Shown here: one piece after another, positions 38,560 to 48,067 of the stretch
Layout: the number at the start of each line of letters is the position of its first letter
How positions within the stretch are numbered: the first letter of the stretch is position 1
Assembly: GCA_963695545.1 (NCBI GenBank)
Contig: OY968796.1
Coordinates: 3,232,001-3,296,000, forward strand
DNA from: Terriglobia bacterium
GTDB taxonomy: Bacteria; Acidobacteriota; Terriglobia; Acidiferrales; UBA7541
Direction: 5' to 3'
DNA length: 64,000 bases
Made by a program: the position numbers and the translations under genes
The notes under the pieces: model-generated
What the model was told of the DNA's origin: nothing
What the model saw: only the letters and a program-made list of their open reading frames with translations
Databases searched by the model: none

Positions 38560-38865
38560 TCAGGATTTTTTTGCTGCGCGAACGGAATTGTACGCGATGC
38601 TCAAGCGCGACTTGGTACGATTGGCGGTGTTCTCGTGAAGAATACCCTTGCCGATAGCTCGATCGATCGCCGAAAGCGTCGGCGCCAGCAGAGCGCCCGC
38701 CGCGGCAGCGTCATTGGCGTCGAGCGCGCCGCGCAATTTTCGGATCATCGATCGCACCCGCGTGCGCTGCGAACGATTTCTCTCCTGATGCTCGAGCGCT
38801 TGCTTCGCGCGCTTCAGTACGGATGGCTTGCGCTTCTTAACTTTCGTCGGTGTGCCCGCAGGCAT
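38560..38865 (-). CDS. rpsT: 30S ribosomal protein S20
   Basis: S.LKRA.Q....ERNRS.RT.VRS, IDRA..KG.LH.NTA.R.KSRL. Confidence 0.95.
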   Translation of the reverse strand: MPAGTPTKVKKRKPSVLKRAKQALEHQERNRSQRTRVRSMIRKLRGALDANDAAAAGALLAPTLSAIDRAIGKGILHENTANRTKSRLSIAYNSVRAAKKS

Positions 38866-38925
38866 TCAGTTCTCCCTGGTGTCAACGCGCAAAGTGTAGA
38901 CGCGCGAATCATCACGCGATCGTTT

Positions 38926-39771
38926 ATGCGATTCAGCAACACTATCCGAGCCATTCGCCTTTGTCAAACCGCCGCGCGCGCTGCCGCGTGTCTGCTGCTG
39001 TGCGCGGCGCTGCTTCACGTCGCCGCAATCCCCGCGCGCGCGGAGAAAATCGCCGACCTCCAGCCGCAAGGCGCGATCAATGATTTCGCCAATGCCCTCA
39101 CTCCCGACACGCGCGCGAAACTCCTGGCCCTCGCCACCGAACTCAACGATAAAGCCGACGCACAGCTCGACGTCGTGACCATCCACACCACCGAGGGCGA
39201 CGCCGTGGCCGACTTCACGACCAATCTCGCCGAGAAGTGGGGCGTCGGCTACAAAGGAAAAGATCGCGGCGTGATGATCCTCCTCGCCGTGGACGACCAC
39301 CAGTATTGGACCGCAGTCGGTTACGGTCTTGAACCAATTTTGCCCGACGGCAAAGTCGGCGACTTCGGCCGCCAAATGGTCCCGCTTCTAAAAAGTGGCG
39401 ACACCAGCGCCGCCGTCTTGCAAATGGCCGGGCAGATCGCCGCCGTCATCGCACAGGATCGCGGCGTCTCGCTCGACGCGCAACCTCCCGCTCCCGCCGC
39501 CGGAGCCGACGACGATTCGCAACCGCATTTCAACATCGCCTGGCTTTTTCTGATATTTTGGCTCGGCCTGTTTTTGTATCGAATGATTCGCTCCATGTTC
39601 GGACATCACGGGCCTCGCGGTTCCGGCATGGGCGGACTTTGGTGGCTCGGCGGTTTGGGCGGAGGCGGTGGCGGCGGAGGATTCGGCGGTAGTGGCGGTG
39701 GAGGCGGTGGTTTTGGTGGCGGATTCGGCGGCGGGGGATTCGGCGGCGGCGGAGCTGGCGGAGGATGGTGA
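38926..39771 (+). CDS. TPM-domain membrane protein with Gly-rich tail (YgcG-like)
   Basis: INDFANAL, WGVG.KGKDRGV, VGYGLEPILPD, TM, GGFGGG...GAGGGW. Confidence 0.9.
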   Translation: MRFSNTIRAIRLCQTAARAAACLLLCAALLHVAAIPARAEKIADLQPQGAINDFANALTPDTRAKLLALATELNDKADAQLDVVTIHTTEGDAVADFTTNLAEKWGVGYKGKDRGVMILLAVDDHQYWTAVGYGLEPILPDGKVGDFGRQMVPLLKSGDTSAAVLQMAGQIAAVIAQDRGVSLDAQPPAPAAGADDDSQPHFNIAWLFLIFWLGLFLYRMIRSMFGHHGPRGSGMGGLWWLGGLGGGGGGGGFGGSGGGGGGFGGGFGGGGFGGGGAGGGW

Positions 39772-39841
39772 TGTCGTCCGCGCAAGGCCGCACAAAGTTC
39801 GCACACTTAGCTAGCGCCTGCACAGACGGGTGGACGCCGCG

Positions 39842-40558
39842 ATGAGCAGAGAACAAGAATTATCCGACTTGGTTGGCGAGTTCCAGCTCGCAGCCGGAAA
39901 CAATCTGCGTTCGCTCGTGCTCTACGGTTCCGCGGCGGGCGGCGAATTTCACGAACCGCATTCCGATCTAAATATCCTCGCCCTCTTCGATCGCCTCGAT
40001 GCCGCCGCGCTCAAGCGCCTGCATCCGGTAGCCGCCGCGTGGGTCGGCAAAGGGAATCCCGCCCCGCTCCTGCTCACGGTTGACGAGTTGCATTCCGCCG
40101 CCGATGTCTACGCCATCGAATTTCTGGACATCATCTCCCGCCGCCGCACGCTCTCCGGCGAAGATTTCTTCGCGTCGCTCGAAGTCCCCATGAATCTGCA
40201 TCGCGTTCAGGTCGAACGCGAGCTGCGCGTCAACGTTCTGAAGCTGCGCCAATCCGCGCTGATTTCCGGCGCGGGCACCGCGGAATTATCCCGCCTGATG
40301 ATCGATTCCGTCGCCGCATTCTGCGTGCTCTTCCGCCACGCGCTGATCGCGCTCGGCGAAAAAGCTCCCGACTCGCGCCGCGAAAGCGCCCGCCGCCTCG
40401 CCGCGCTCTTCGGCTTCGATTCCACGCCGATCGAAACCGTTCTCGACGTCCGCGAATCGAAGCAGCCCGCGAAAGCGCTGAACGCCGATATCTTCGCCGG
40501 CTATCTCGCCGCGGTCTCCGCGGCTGCCGACGAGTTCGATCGGCGCACCGCGACGTAG
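39842..40558 (+). CDS. Pol-beta-superfamily nucleotidyltransferase-domain protein
   Basis: LVLYGSAAGG......SDLN; helical C-terminal domain. Confidence 0.78.
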   Translation: MSREQELSDLVGEFQLAAGNNLRSLVLYGSAAGGEFHEPHSDLNILALFDRLDAAALKRLHPVAAAWVGKGNPAPLLLTVDELHSAADVYAIEFLDIISRRRTLSGEDFFASLEVPMNLHRVQVERELRVNVLKLRQSALISGAGTAELSRLMIDSVAAFCVLFRHALIALGEKAPDSRRESARRLAALFGFDSTPIETVLDVRESKQPAKALNADIFAGYLAAVSAAADEFDRRTAT

Positions 40559-40631
40559 CGGCTCCGGCGTGTGCTAGAGTGAGCCTTAACGCCACATGAA
40601 ATAAGAACGATCGAAACCGTCGGAGGAAAGC

Positions 40632-41213
40632 ATGAAGAAAGGCATCATCGTTCTAATCATTTTGGGTCTGATCGGCTTCTGGATCGGCAACACGTATATT
40701 TCCGACCGCAATCAAATGGTCGCCAAGAACGAAGCCATCGATTCCCAGTGGCACCAGGTTGAAGTCGTCCTGCAGCGCCGCGCCGATCTGATTCCGAATC
40801 TCGTCGCCACCGTGAAAGGCTACGCCGCGCAAGAGGTCACCGTCTTCGGTGAAGTCGACAAGGCGCGCGAGGCCTTGCTCGGCGCGCAAACTCCCGCCGC
40901 GGCCATCGCCGCAAACGGCCAACTCGATGGTGCTCTCGGCCACCTCCTGGCCATCGTCGAAAATTATCCGCAGCTCAAGTCGAATGAAAATTTCCTTCAG
41001 CTTCAGGACGAGCTCGCCGGAACCGAAAATCGCATCTCCGTCGAACGCAAGCGCTACGACGACGACATCCAGGACTACAACACTTACATCGGCCTGTTTC
41101 CCAACGATATCGTCGCGCGCATGGCCGGCTACAAGCGCAACGACGCCTACTTCAACGCTTCGCCCGCGGCGCAGCAGGTGCCGCAGGTCAGCTTCCCCGG
41201 CCCGCAAAACTGA
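40632..41213 (+). CDS. lemA: LemA-family protein
   Basis: LQRRADLIPNLVATVKGYA, ENYPQLKS, LAGTENRI; GGAGG RBS. Confidence 0.93.
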   Translation: MKKGIIVLIILGLIGFWIGNTYISDRNQMVAKNEAIDSQWHQVEVVLQRRADLIPNLVATVKGYAAQEVTVFGEVDKAREALLGAQTPAAAIAANGQLDGALGHLLAIVENYPQLKSNENFLQLQDELAGTENRISVERKRYDDDIQDYNTYIGLFPNDIVARMAGYKRNDAYFNASPAAQQVPQVSFPGPQN

Positions 41214-41244
41214 AGCCAGCAAACTATCGGGGCATTGGGCTCTC

Positions 41245-41294
41245 GTAGGGGCGGAGGCAAGCCTGCCTGCCGACACGCAGGCTTGCCTCCGCCC
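41245..41294 (+). repeat. GTAG-type REP-like hairpin (may also act as a terminator)
   Basis: GTAG followed by a perfect 18-bp stem GGGCGGAGGCAAGCCTGC / GCAGGCTTGCCTCCGCCC. Confidence 0.65.
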
Positions 41295-41371
41295 GCCTTT
41301 CTTCCGAAGCACAACCACACGGCAATCGAGAAATTCCGCTAACACCCTACAGCTGAGTAACTTAGCCGGTC

Positions 41372-41400
41372 TTGACCCCGATATAAACGTGTGTTAGAAT
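41372..41400 (+). promoter_or_regulatory. sigma70 promoter of the phoH operon
   Basis: TTGACC, 17 nt, extended TG, TAGAAT. Confidence 0.7.
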
Positions 41401-41436
41401 CACCCTTCCTCGTACTTTATCTACCGTGGAGGTGGC

Positions 41437-42561
41437 TTGAGCAGTCTCCGGCCCCCCGGGTCGGTTTCAGGCCCCATGCGTCACACCGTAGAAATCGCCG
41501 GCCGAATTGAAACCCTATTCGGCACGCTCGACGAAAATCTGAAACTGCTGGAATCCGCTCTCCAGGTCACCACGGAGATCCACGACAACAGTCTTTTGGT
41601 TGAAGGCGAAGCCGCGCAAGTCGAACGCGCCGTGCACATCCTCGATGAATACAATCGCCTCGTGCGCGCCGGCCGCCCGATGGACAATGGCGAAGTGAAA
41701 GCGCTCTTCCGCGTGGCCACCGAAGACCCCAAAGCCTCGCTGCACACCATCCTCGGCAGCGAATCGCGTCCGCGCAGCTTCGGCAAGAAAAACGTCGCGC
41801 CCAAGAGCGCCAACCAGAAGCTCTACATGGAGTACATCGAGCGCTACGACATGGTTTTCGCCGTCGGCCCCGGCGGCACGGGAAAAACATATCTCGCCGT
41901 GGCCATGGCCGTTTCCGCGCTGCTCACGAAGAAAGTCAATCGCATCATTCTCGCGCGTCCCGCCGTTGAGGCCGGCGAGCGCCTCGGATTTCTGCCCGGC
42001 ACGCTCCAGCAGAAAATCGATCCCTACATGCGCCCGCTCTATGACGCGCTCTACGGAATGCTCGATGCCGATAAGCTCGAGCGCTTTCTCGAGAAAAACA
42101 TCATCGAAGTCGCGCCGCTGGCCTTCATGCGCGGCCGCACGCTGAACGATTCCTTCGTGATTCTCGACGAAGCGCAAAACACCACCAGCGAGCAAATGAA
42201 AATGTTTCTCACGCGCCTCGGTTTCAATTCCAAAGCCGTGGTCACCGGAGACATCACGCAGATCGATTTGCCCACCGGCCGAAGATCCGGCCTCGTCGAA
42301 GCCCTTGAAGTTGTCGACAAAATCGAAGGCATCGGCTTCGTGCACTTCAATGAACGCGACGTCGTGCGCCACAATCTCGTGCAGCAGATCATCCGCGCCT
42401 ACGAAGAATTTGAGGCCGGCCAGTCCTCGCGCGCATCCGGCGCCACGTCGGCGAACAAAATCAGAAACAAAGGCAATGGCAAGTCCGATGCTCCCGGCGA
42501 CGCCCAAAGCGACGCGCGTAGCGATACCCGCGGCGATGCTGGCGATCGCGCGGCGGAGTAG
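41437..42561 (+). CDS. phoH: PhoH-family ATPase (YbeZ-like, N-terminal KH-like domain)
   Basis: [41 protein letters not shown]; start TTG 41437 or ATG 41476. Confidence 0.93.
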   Translation: MSSLRPPGSVSGPMRHTVEIAGRIETLFGTLDENLKLLESALQVTTEIHDNSLLVEGEAAQVERAVHILDEYNRLVRAGRPMDNGEVKALFRVATEDPKASLHTILGSESRPRSFGKKNVAPKSANQKLYMEYIERYDMVFAVGPGGTGKTYLAVAMAVSALLTKKVNRIILARPAVEAGERLGFLPGTLQQKIDPYMRPLYDALYGMLDADKLERFLEKNIIEVAPLAFMRGRTLNDSFVILDEAQNTTSEQMKMFLTRLGFNSKAVVTGDITQIDLPTGRRSGLVEALEVVDKIEGIGFVHFNERDVVRHNLVQQIIRAYEEFEAGQSSRASGATSANKIRNKGNGKSDAPGDAQSDARSDTRGDAGDRAAE

Positions 42562-42576
42562 CCCGCGACGGAATCC

Positions 42577-43053
42577 ATGGTCGTCAACCGACAGCGCCGC
42601 ATTTCCGTTGCACTCGATCCGCTCAAGCAGTTCGCCGAGCGCGCCCGCCGCGAACTCCGTTTTCCCGACGACGCGGTCACCGTGTGCCTCGTGAGCGACG
42701 CAGCCATCGCGCGCCTCAATCGCCTCTATCGCGGTAAGCGCGGTCCCACCGACGTGCTTTCCTTTCCTTTCGATGCACGGCACATGCGTTCCAAATCTGC
42801 GCGTGCCCCACGCGCCGATTTTGCGCGTGGGGGTTTTTCGCGGCACGGGATTCCTCAATACGCGGGCGACATCGCGATTTCGCCTTCCACCGCGCGCCGC
42901 AACGCGCGCCGACTCGATCGCTCGCTTCCCGCCGAGCTTCGCGTGTTGATCCTTCACGGCATGCTGCATCTCGCCGGCTACGATCACGAAACCGATCGCG
43001 GCGAAATGGACCGGATCGAGCGGCGCCTGCGCCGCCGCCTGGGCTTGGGATAG
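42577..43053 (+). CDS. ybeY: rRNA maturation endoribonuclease
   Basis: LNR.YRGK..PTDVLSF and HGMLHLAGYDH. Confidence 0.93.
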   Translation: MVVNRQRRISVALDPLKQFAERARRELRFPDDAVTVCLVSDAAIARLNRLYRGKRGPTDVLSFPFDARHMRSKSARAPRADFARGGFSRHGIPQYAGDIAISPSTARRNARRLDRSLPAELRVLILHGMLHLAGYDHETDRGEMDRIERRLRRRLGLG

Positions 43054-43057
43054 TCGT

Positions 43058-44329
43058 ATGGCAATTCTTCTCCATATCCTCGTGGTGATGTCCTTGTGCG
43101 TAGGCCTTGCCGTGTTCTCCTACGTCGATCGCATCTATCTCGAATTGGGCCGCGCCACCACCGGCCGCCTTCACGATCAGTTGAACATTTTTGAAGCCGA
43201 GGTCGAACCGCGCCTGGATCTCGATCGCCGCCGTGCCGCGCGTGGCTTTCGATTGATCGCTCAATTGTGGCTGGTCGTCGTCGCTGTCGAAACAGCGCGT
43301 GGCGTGGTGTTCTTTGTTCCGGAATCCTGGTCCGCTCTCGTGCAGTTGGTTGTCTATTTGCTTCTCGAAGTGGTTGTTTGCGCCCACTTCATCCCGGAGT
43401 TCCTCCTCGCGCGTACCACCGGCCGGTGGCTCGCGCGGATCGCTCCCGTGCTGCGCGCCTTTCTGTGGCTCGTGTGGCCGCTGCGCGCCGGTCTTGATGG
43501 CGCGATTTCGCTCGCGCGCCTGAGCGACGAGGATTCGCCCGAGATTCTGTCCGATCAGGACAAAATCGGCGCGCTCGTCGAAGCCGCCGAAGAGCAGGGC
43601 ATGATCGAACGCGATGAAGCGCAAATGATCGAGCAAGTGGTCGAGTTCAGCGAAAAGCGCATGCGCGAGGTAATGACCCCGCGCCCCGACGTCGTGGTCA
43701 TCCCCGCGTCGTCCACGCTCGAACAGTTGCGCCGCCTGATGATCGAAACCAAATTCTCGCGCGTCCCCGTTTACGGCGAAACTTTGGACGACGTCATCGG
43801 CATCGCCTATTCGCGCGACCTTCTCCAGGTTTCCGAACAGGACGCGCGCCACCGCTTGGTTCGCGAACTCGCGCGCCCCGCGCTTTTCGTGCCCGAGACC
43901 AAGCGCGGTTCCGAGCTGCTCAAAGAAATGCAGCGCAAAAATCAGCAAATGGCCATCGTCGTCGATGAACACGGTCTGCTCGCCGGAATCGTCACCGCGG
44001 AAGATTTAATCGAGGAGATCGTCGGCGAAATCGGCGAAGAAGATCGCCTGCTCGCGCCCGACGTCGTGCGCGAAAGCGATGGGAGTCTCGTTCTGCGCGG
44101 CAGCGTCTCCCTCGAAAAAGCCGGCGAACTCTTCGGCGTCGAATTCGGCGCCGCCGCTGAAGAAGGCGCCACCACAATAGGCGGCCTGATCAATCACGTC
44201 CTCGGCCACGTCCCCAAGCCCGGCGAACGCGCCGAATCCGGCGGCGTCAGTTTTGAAGTCCTCGAAGCAAATCAGCGCAAGGTCTTACGCCTCCGCGCCC
44301 GCCGAACGGCTGCCGTTTCCGCTCGCTAA
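43058..44329 (+). CDS. Hemolysin/CorC-like CNNM-CBS-CorC protein
   Basis: TM N-terminus, REVMTPR, FSRVPVY, AIVVDEHG...GIVT.EDLIEEIVGEI. Confidence 0.88.
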   Translation: MAILLHILVVMSLCVGLAVFSYVDRIYLELGRATTGRLHDQLNIFEAEVEPRLDLDRRRAARGFRLIAQLWLVVVAVETARGVVFFVPESWSALVQLVVYLLLEVVVCAHFIPEFLLARTTGRWLARIAPVLRAFLWLVWPLRAGLDGAISLARLSDEDSPEILSDQDKIGALVEAAEEQGMIERDEAQMIEQVVEFSEKRMREVMTPRPDVVVIPASSTLEQLRRLMIETKFSRVPVYGETLDDVIGIAYSRDLLQVSEQDARHRLVRELARPALFVPETKRGSELLKEMQRKNQQMAIVVDEHGLLAGIVTAEDLIEEIVGEIGEEDRLLAPDVVRESDGSLVLRGSVSLEKAGELFGVEFGAAAEEGATTIGGLINHVLGHVPKPGERAESGGVSFEVLEANQRKVLRLRARRTAAVSAR

Positions 44330-44427
44330 CGCTCGCCGCGCGTCAGCCGCCTCGGCACAGCAAAACACGCAGCAAAACACGCCTCTCGTCTGCACCCGGC
44401 CGGAGAACCAGTCGATGTTTGGTTAAG

Positions 44428-44604
44428 GCCCGTAGGGGTGATACCGCAGCCTGTCGAGGATGCGCGCCACGCCGCGTGAGGCGATGCGCAGCGCAAGACC
44501 AGCCCCGTAGGGGCGGCAGAGCTTAGCCCAGGGCGTAAGCCCTGGGCAGCCGAAACAAAAGAACTCTCTTCCAATTGTTCTGAATCAGCCCCATCCGGGC
44601 GACA
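44428..44604 (+). repeat. Cluster of REP-like GC hairpins
   Basis: GCCCGTAGGGGTG (44428), AGCCCCGTAGGGGCG (44501), CCCAGGGC-GTAA-GCCCTGGG (44527-44546), AGCCCCATCCGGGCG (44587). Confidence 0.6.
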
Positions 44605-44610
44605 CAGTTC

Positions 44611-44720
44611 TGCTGTAACTTTTGTATCGTCAGTGAATTGCAAACTGCTCGTGCACACTTTTCCTGCAAGTCCGGTCTTCACATCAGCTTACAAACTGGG
44701 TACCCGGGGGTGCACCCCCC
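44611..44720. repeat. Intergenic element copy C (opposite orientation to A and B)
   Basis: Two GYAA-N19-TTRC-AAACTG units at 44615 and 44666, then ACCCGGGGGTGCACCCCCC. Confidence 0.65.
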
Positions 44721-44745
44721 ATGGATGCTATCCCATTTATTTTCT

Positions 44746-45459
44746 TCACCCGTGATGAATCAAACGCGCGATAAAGAACGCCGCCGTAGCCGCCAATCCG
44801 CCAATCAGCACGGTCTGCACCGCACCTTTGCCGGCGGAGATCCCCGTATAGCGCGCCTTAACTCCGCCAAACACCGCCAGCGCCAGGATCGTCACTCCAA
44901 CCGAGTAATAGAGTGCGGGCACCACGTTCGGCAAAACCATGTAAGGCGCGAGCGGAATCAATCCGCCGACTACGTACGAAAGTGCGATCGTCACCGCGCT
45001 GGTCACCGCCCGTTTCGGATTCGGCGGCTCCAGCCCCAACTCGAAGCGCATCATGAAATCGACCCAACTTTTCTGGTCCGCGCAAACAGCGCTAACCACC
45101 GGCGCGATCTGCTCTTCCGTGAGCCCGTAGCCGCGAAACACATCGGCAACCTCTTGCGTTTCGCGCTCCGGCAGTTCCACAGTTTCCCGCTGCTCGCGTT
45201 CCAGCTCCGATGCGTAATGTTCCGCGTCGGTCCGCGCCGCAAGATATCCGCCCAGTCCCATCGCGATCGACCCCGCCGCAATCTCCGCGAATCCCGCCGT
45301 GATCACCAAGCTCGTAGCGTGCCCCGTCGACGCCACGGCACCGGTGATTCCCGCCGCGAGCGCAAACGGCACCGTCAGCCCGTCTGCCATGCCGATCACC
45401 ACGTCGCGCACGGTCTCCGTCGCCGTAAAATGCTTCTCGTCGTGAGTCGTGTCGTGCAT
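44746..45459 (-). CDS. VIT1/CCC1-family Fe/Mn transporter
   Basis: RDVVIGMADGL.VPFAL.AG, AEIAAGSIAMGLGGYL, FMMRFELGL; AAGGAG RBS. Confidence 0.93.
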   Translation of the reverse strand: MHDTTHDEKHFTATETVRDVVIGMADGLTVPFALAAGITGAVASTGHATSLVITAGFAEIAAGSIAMGLGGYLAARTDAEHYASELEREQRETVELPERETQEVADVFRGYGLTEEQIAPVVSAVCADQKSWVDFMMRFELGLEPPNPKRAVTSAVTIALSYVVGGLIPLAPYMVLPNVVPALYYSVGVTILALAVFGGVKARYTGISAGKGAVQTVLIGGLAATAAFFIARLIHHG

Positions 45460-45653
45460 CGGGATTTGGCTCCTTACAATTGCTGCGATCGCATCCGCCC
45501 CGTCAGTACGGCGAAGTCTAACACGGGCGCGATTGATCGCCAGTCCTGCATCGATCCACCCTTCGGGCGCAAGCCAGAGTAAACTAATAGGCGCGACGAA
45601 CCGCGGCATCACTGTACGACCGCGACACCAATCGAAATTGTGAGCCAAACATT

Positions 45654-46580
45654 TTGAGCGAAATATGTAGGTCAGGTTTTGCGGCCCTCATCGGCCGGCC
45701 GAACGCCGGCAAATCGACGCTGGTCAATCGCCTGGTCGGCCAAAAAATATCGATCGTCACGCCGCGCCCGCAAACCACGCGCAATCGCATTCAGGGAATC
45801 GTCAATCGCCCCGATGCGCAGGTCGTGCTGATCGATACGCCCGGCCTGCATCGCCCCGACTCCGTCCTCGGCAAACAGATGAGCCAGGAAGTGGAAGCCG
45901 CGATCGAAGGTGTCGACGTCGTGGCGCTGCTGCTCGACGCCAGCGAGCCACTCGGCCAGAGCGAATTGCGCGCCATCGCCCGCGCGCAAACTTTCCCCGG
46001 CCCGCGACTCCTGCTCCTCAACAAAGTCGATCGCGTCGATAAACCAACGTTGCTCCCGCTCATCGAGCGCTGCCAGCGCGAAGGCGAGTTCGCGGAAATT
46101 ATTCCGATCTCCGCTCTGAAGGGAACCGGCGTCGAGGACGCGCTCGCGGCCATGATCGCGCGATTGCCCGAAGGACCGCCTCTGTTCCCGCCCGATCAAA
46201 TCACCGATCAGCCCGAGCGATTTCTCGCGGCCGAAATTGTGCGCGAAAAAGCCATGATTGCCACGCGCGAAGAAGTGCCCCACGCCGTCGCCGTCGTCGT
46301 GGAATCGTTCGAGGAATCCCCGAAAATCGTGCGCATCTCAGCAGTCGTGCACGTCGAGCGGGAAGGGCAGAAGGGCATCCTGATCGGCGCCGGCGGCCAA
46401 ACCCTCAAGCGCATCGGCACCGAAGCGCGCCGCGAACTCGAAACGCTCCTCGGAACGAAAGTCTTTCTCGAACTCCGCGTGCGCGTCAGCCGCGATTGGC
46501 GCGACAATCCCGCGCTTGTGCGCCAGATGGATTGGCGCCGTCAACTCGAACAACTCGGCGGTAGCGATTCGCAGGAGTGA
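45654..46580 (+). CDS. era: GTPase Era
   Basis: GRPNAGKST, PQTTR, DTPG, NKVD, QKGILIG KH domain; TTG start. Confidence 0.96.
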   Translation: MSEICRSGFAALIGRPNAGKSTLVNRLVGQKISIVTPRPQTTRNRIQGIVNRPDAQVVLIDTPGLHRPDSVLGKQMSQEVEAAIEGVDVVALLLDASEPLGQSELRAIARAQTFPGPRLLLLNKVDRVDKPTLLPLIERCQREGEFAEIIPISALKGTGVEDALAAMIARLPEGPPLFPPDQITDQPERFLAAEIVREKAMIATREEVPHAVAVVVESFEESPKIVRISAVVHVEREGQKGILIGAGGQTLKRIGTEARRELETLLGTKVFLELRVRVSRDWRDNPALVRQMDWRRQLEQLGGSDSQE

Positions 46581-46666
46581 TTGGCGAGAGCGAGCTGCCC
46601 GCGGAGGCTGGGCTCGTCGTTGAAGTAAAACGGCTTCTTCTGCAAGTTGGTTTTGACCTTCGGAAC

Positions 46667-48052
46667 TTACTCGTCGTTGATTTCGCTGACCTTTTCTTCT
46701 TTTTCCTCGGGCGAAATCCCGAGCGACTTCATCTTGCGATACAAATGGCTGCGCTCGAGTCCAATGGCCATCGCCGTGCGCGTCATGTTCCATTGGTTTT
46801 CTTCGAGCTTGCGCAAAATGAAATCGCGCTCATAGGCCGCGCGCGCCTCGTGCAGGGTTGCCGGCGGCGCTTGCGGCGTGTGCGCCGAGCTGCGAAAAAG
46901 CTCGGGCGGAAGATGGTGTGGTTCAATACGCTGCTGCGGGCAAACGATCACCAGTCGTTCGATCACGTTGCGCAGTTCGCGCACGTTGCCCGGCCACGAA
47001 TAGCGCATCATCACTTCGAGCGCCCCGTCGGAAAGTTCCTTCGCTTGCCGCCCGTACGCGCCCGTGTAGCCGGCCAGAAAATATTGCGCAAGCACGGGCA
47101 CGTCCTCGATTCGCTCGCGTAGCGCCGGAATCACGAACGGCACGACGTTCAACCGGTAAAACAAATCCTCGCGGAACCGATCGCGCGCGATTTCATCTTC
47201 GAGGCGTTTGTTCGTCGCGGCGATCACGCGCACGTCGACGCGCAGCGCGCGATTTGATCCCAGCGGTTCCACGCTTTGTTCTTCGAGCACGCGCAGCACC
47301 TTCGATTGCGTGCGCAAACTCATGTCGCCGACTTCATCGAGAAACAAAGTGCCGCCATCCGCGCGCTGAAATTTTCCGATCTTGTCTTCATGCGCGCCGG
47401 TGAAACTCCCGCGCAAGTGCCCAAAAAGCTCCGATTCGATTAGTTCGTCCGGAATCGCCGCGCAATTCATTTCCACGAACGGCCGCGCGCTGCGCAAACT
47501 CGCCGCGTGCAGCGCCCGCGCCACCACTTCCTTCCCTGTGCCGCTCTCCCCGTAAATCAAAACGCGTCCCGTGGTCGGCGCCGCCACGGCGATCTGCTGC
47601 CGCAGCGCCTTCATCGGCACGCTCCCGCCAATCACCTGATAACGCGAGCTCAGCTCTTCGCGCAGCCGCCGATTCTCGCTCTCGAGGCGCAGATGTTCGA
47701 CCGCGTTCTTGACCACGAGAATTATTTTTTCCAGCTCGAACGGCTTCTCGATGAAATCGAACGCGCCAAGTTTCGTCGCGCGCACCGCGGTCTCGATGTT
47801 GCCGTGTCCTGAAATCATCACCACCATCGCCGGCGATCCGGTCTCGCGAATTTGCTTCAGCGTCTCCAAACCATCCATTCCCGGCAGCCACACGTCGAGC
47901 AGCACCACTCCCGGCGGCCGCGCGTCGAGCGCCGCGAGGCATGCTTCGCCGCTCGCGACAGCCTCCGCGTCGTAGCCTTCATCCGCGAGGATGGCCGAAA
48001 GCGATTGGCGAATTCCTTCTTCGTCGTCCACGATCAGAATGCGATGCTTCAT
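46667..48052 (-). CDS. NtrX/NtrC-like sigma54-dependent response regulator
   Basis: Receiver (VDDE, LLDVW), GESGTGKE, GSFTGA, WPGNVREL, Fis HTH. Confidence 0.92.
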   Translation of the reverse strand: MKHRILIVDDEEGIRQSLSAILADEGYDAEAVASGEACLAALDARPPGVVLLDVWLPGMDGLETLKQIRETGSPAMVVMISGHGNIETAVRATKLGAFDFIEKPFELEKIILVVKNAVEHLRLESENRRLREELSSRYQVIGGSVPMKALRQQIAVAAPTTGRVLIYGESGTGKEVVARALHAASLRSARPFVEMNCAAIPDELIESELFGHLRGSFTGAHEDKIGKFQRADGGTLFLDEVGDMSLRTQSKVLRVLEEQSVEPLGSNRALRVDVRVIAATNKRLEDEIARDRFREDLFYRLNVVPFVIPALRERIEDVPVLAQYFLAGYTGAYGRQAKELSDGALEVMMRYSWPGNVRELRNVIERLVIVCPQQRIEPHHLPPELFRSSAHTPQAPPATLHEARAAYERDFILRKLEENQWNMTRTAMAIGLERSHLYRKMKSLGISPEEKEEKVSEINDE

Positions 48053-48067
48053 GGGAAAGTTGGGCCG

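Noticed and set aside
39640..39771. GGC/GGT-rich tandem repeat
   Set aside because: Ordinary Gly-rich tail of TPM-domain proteins
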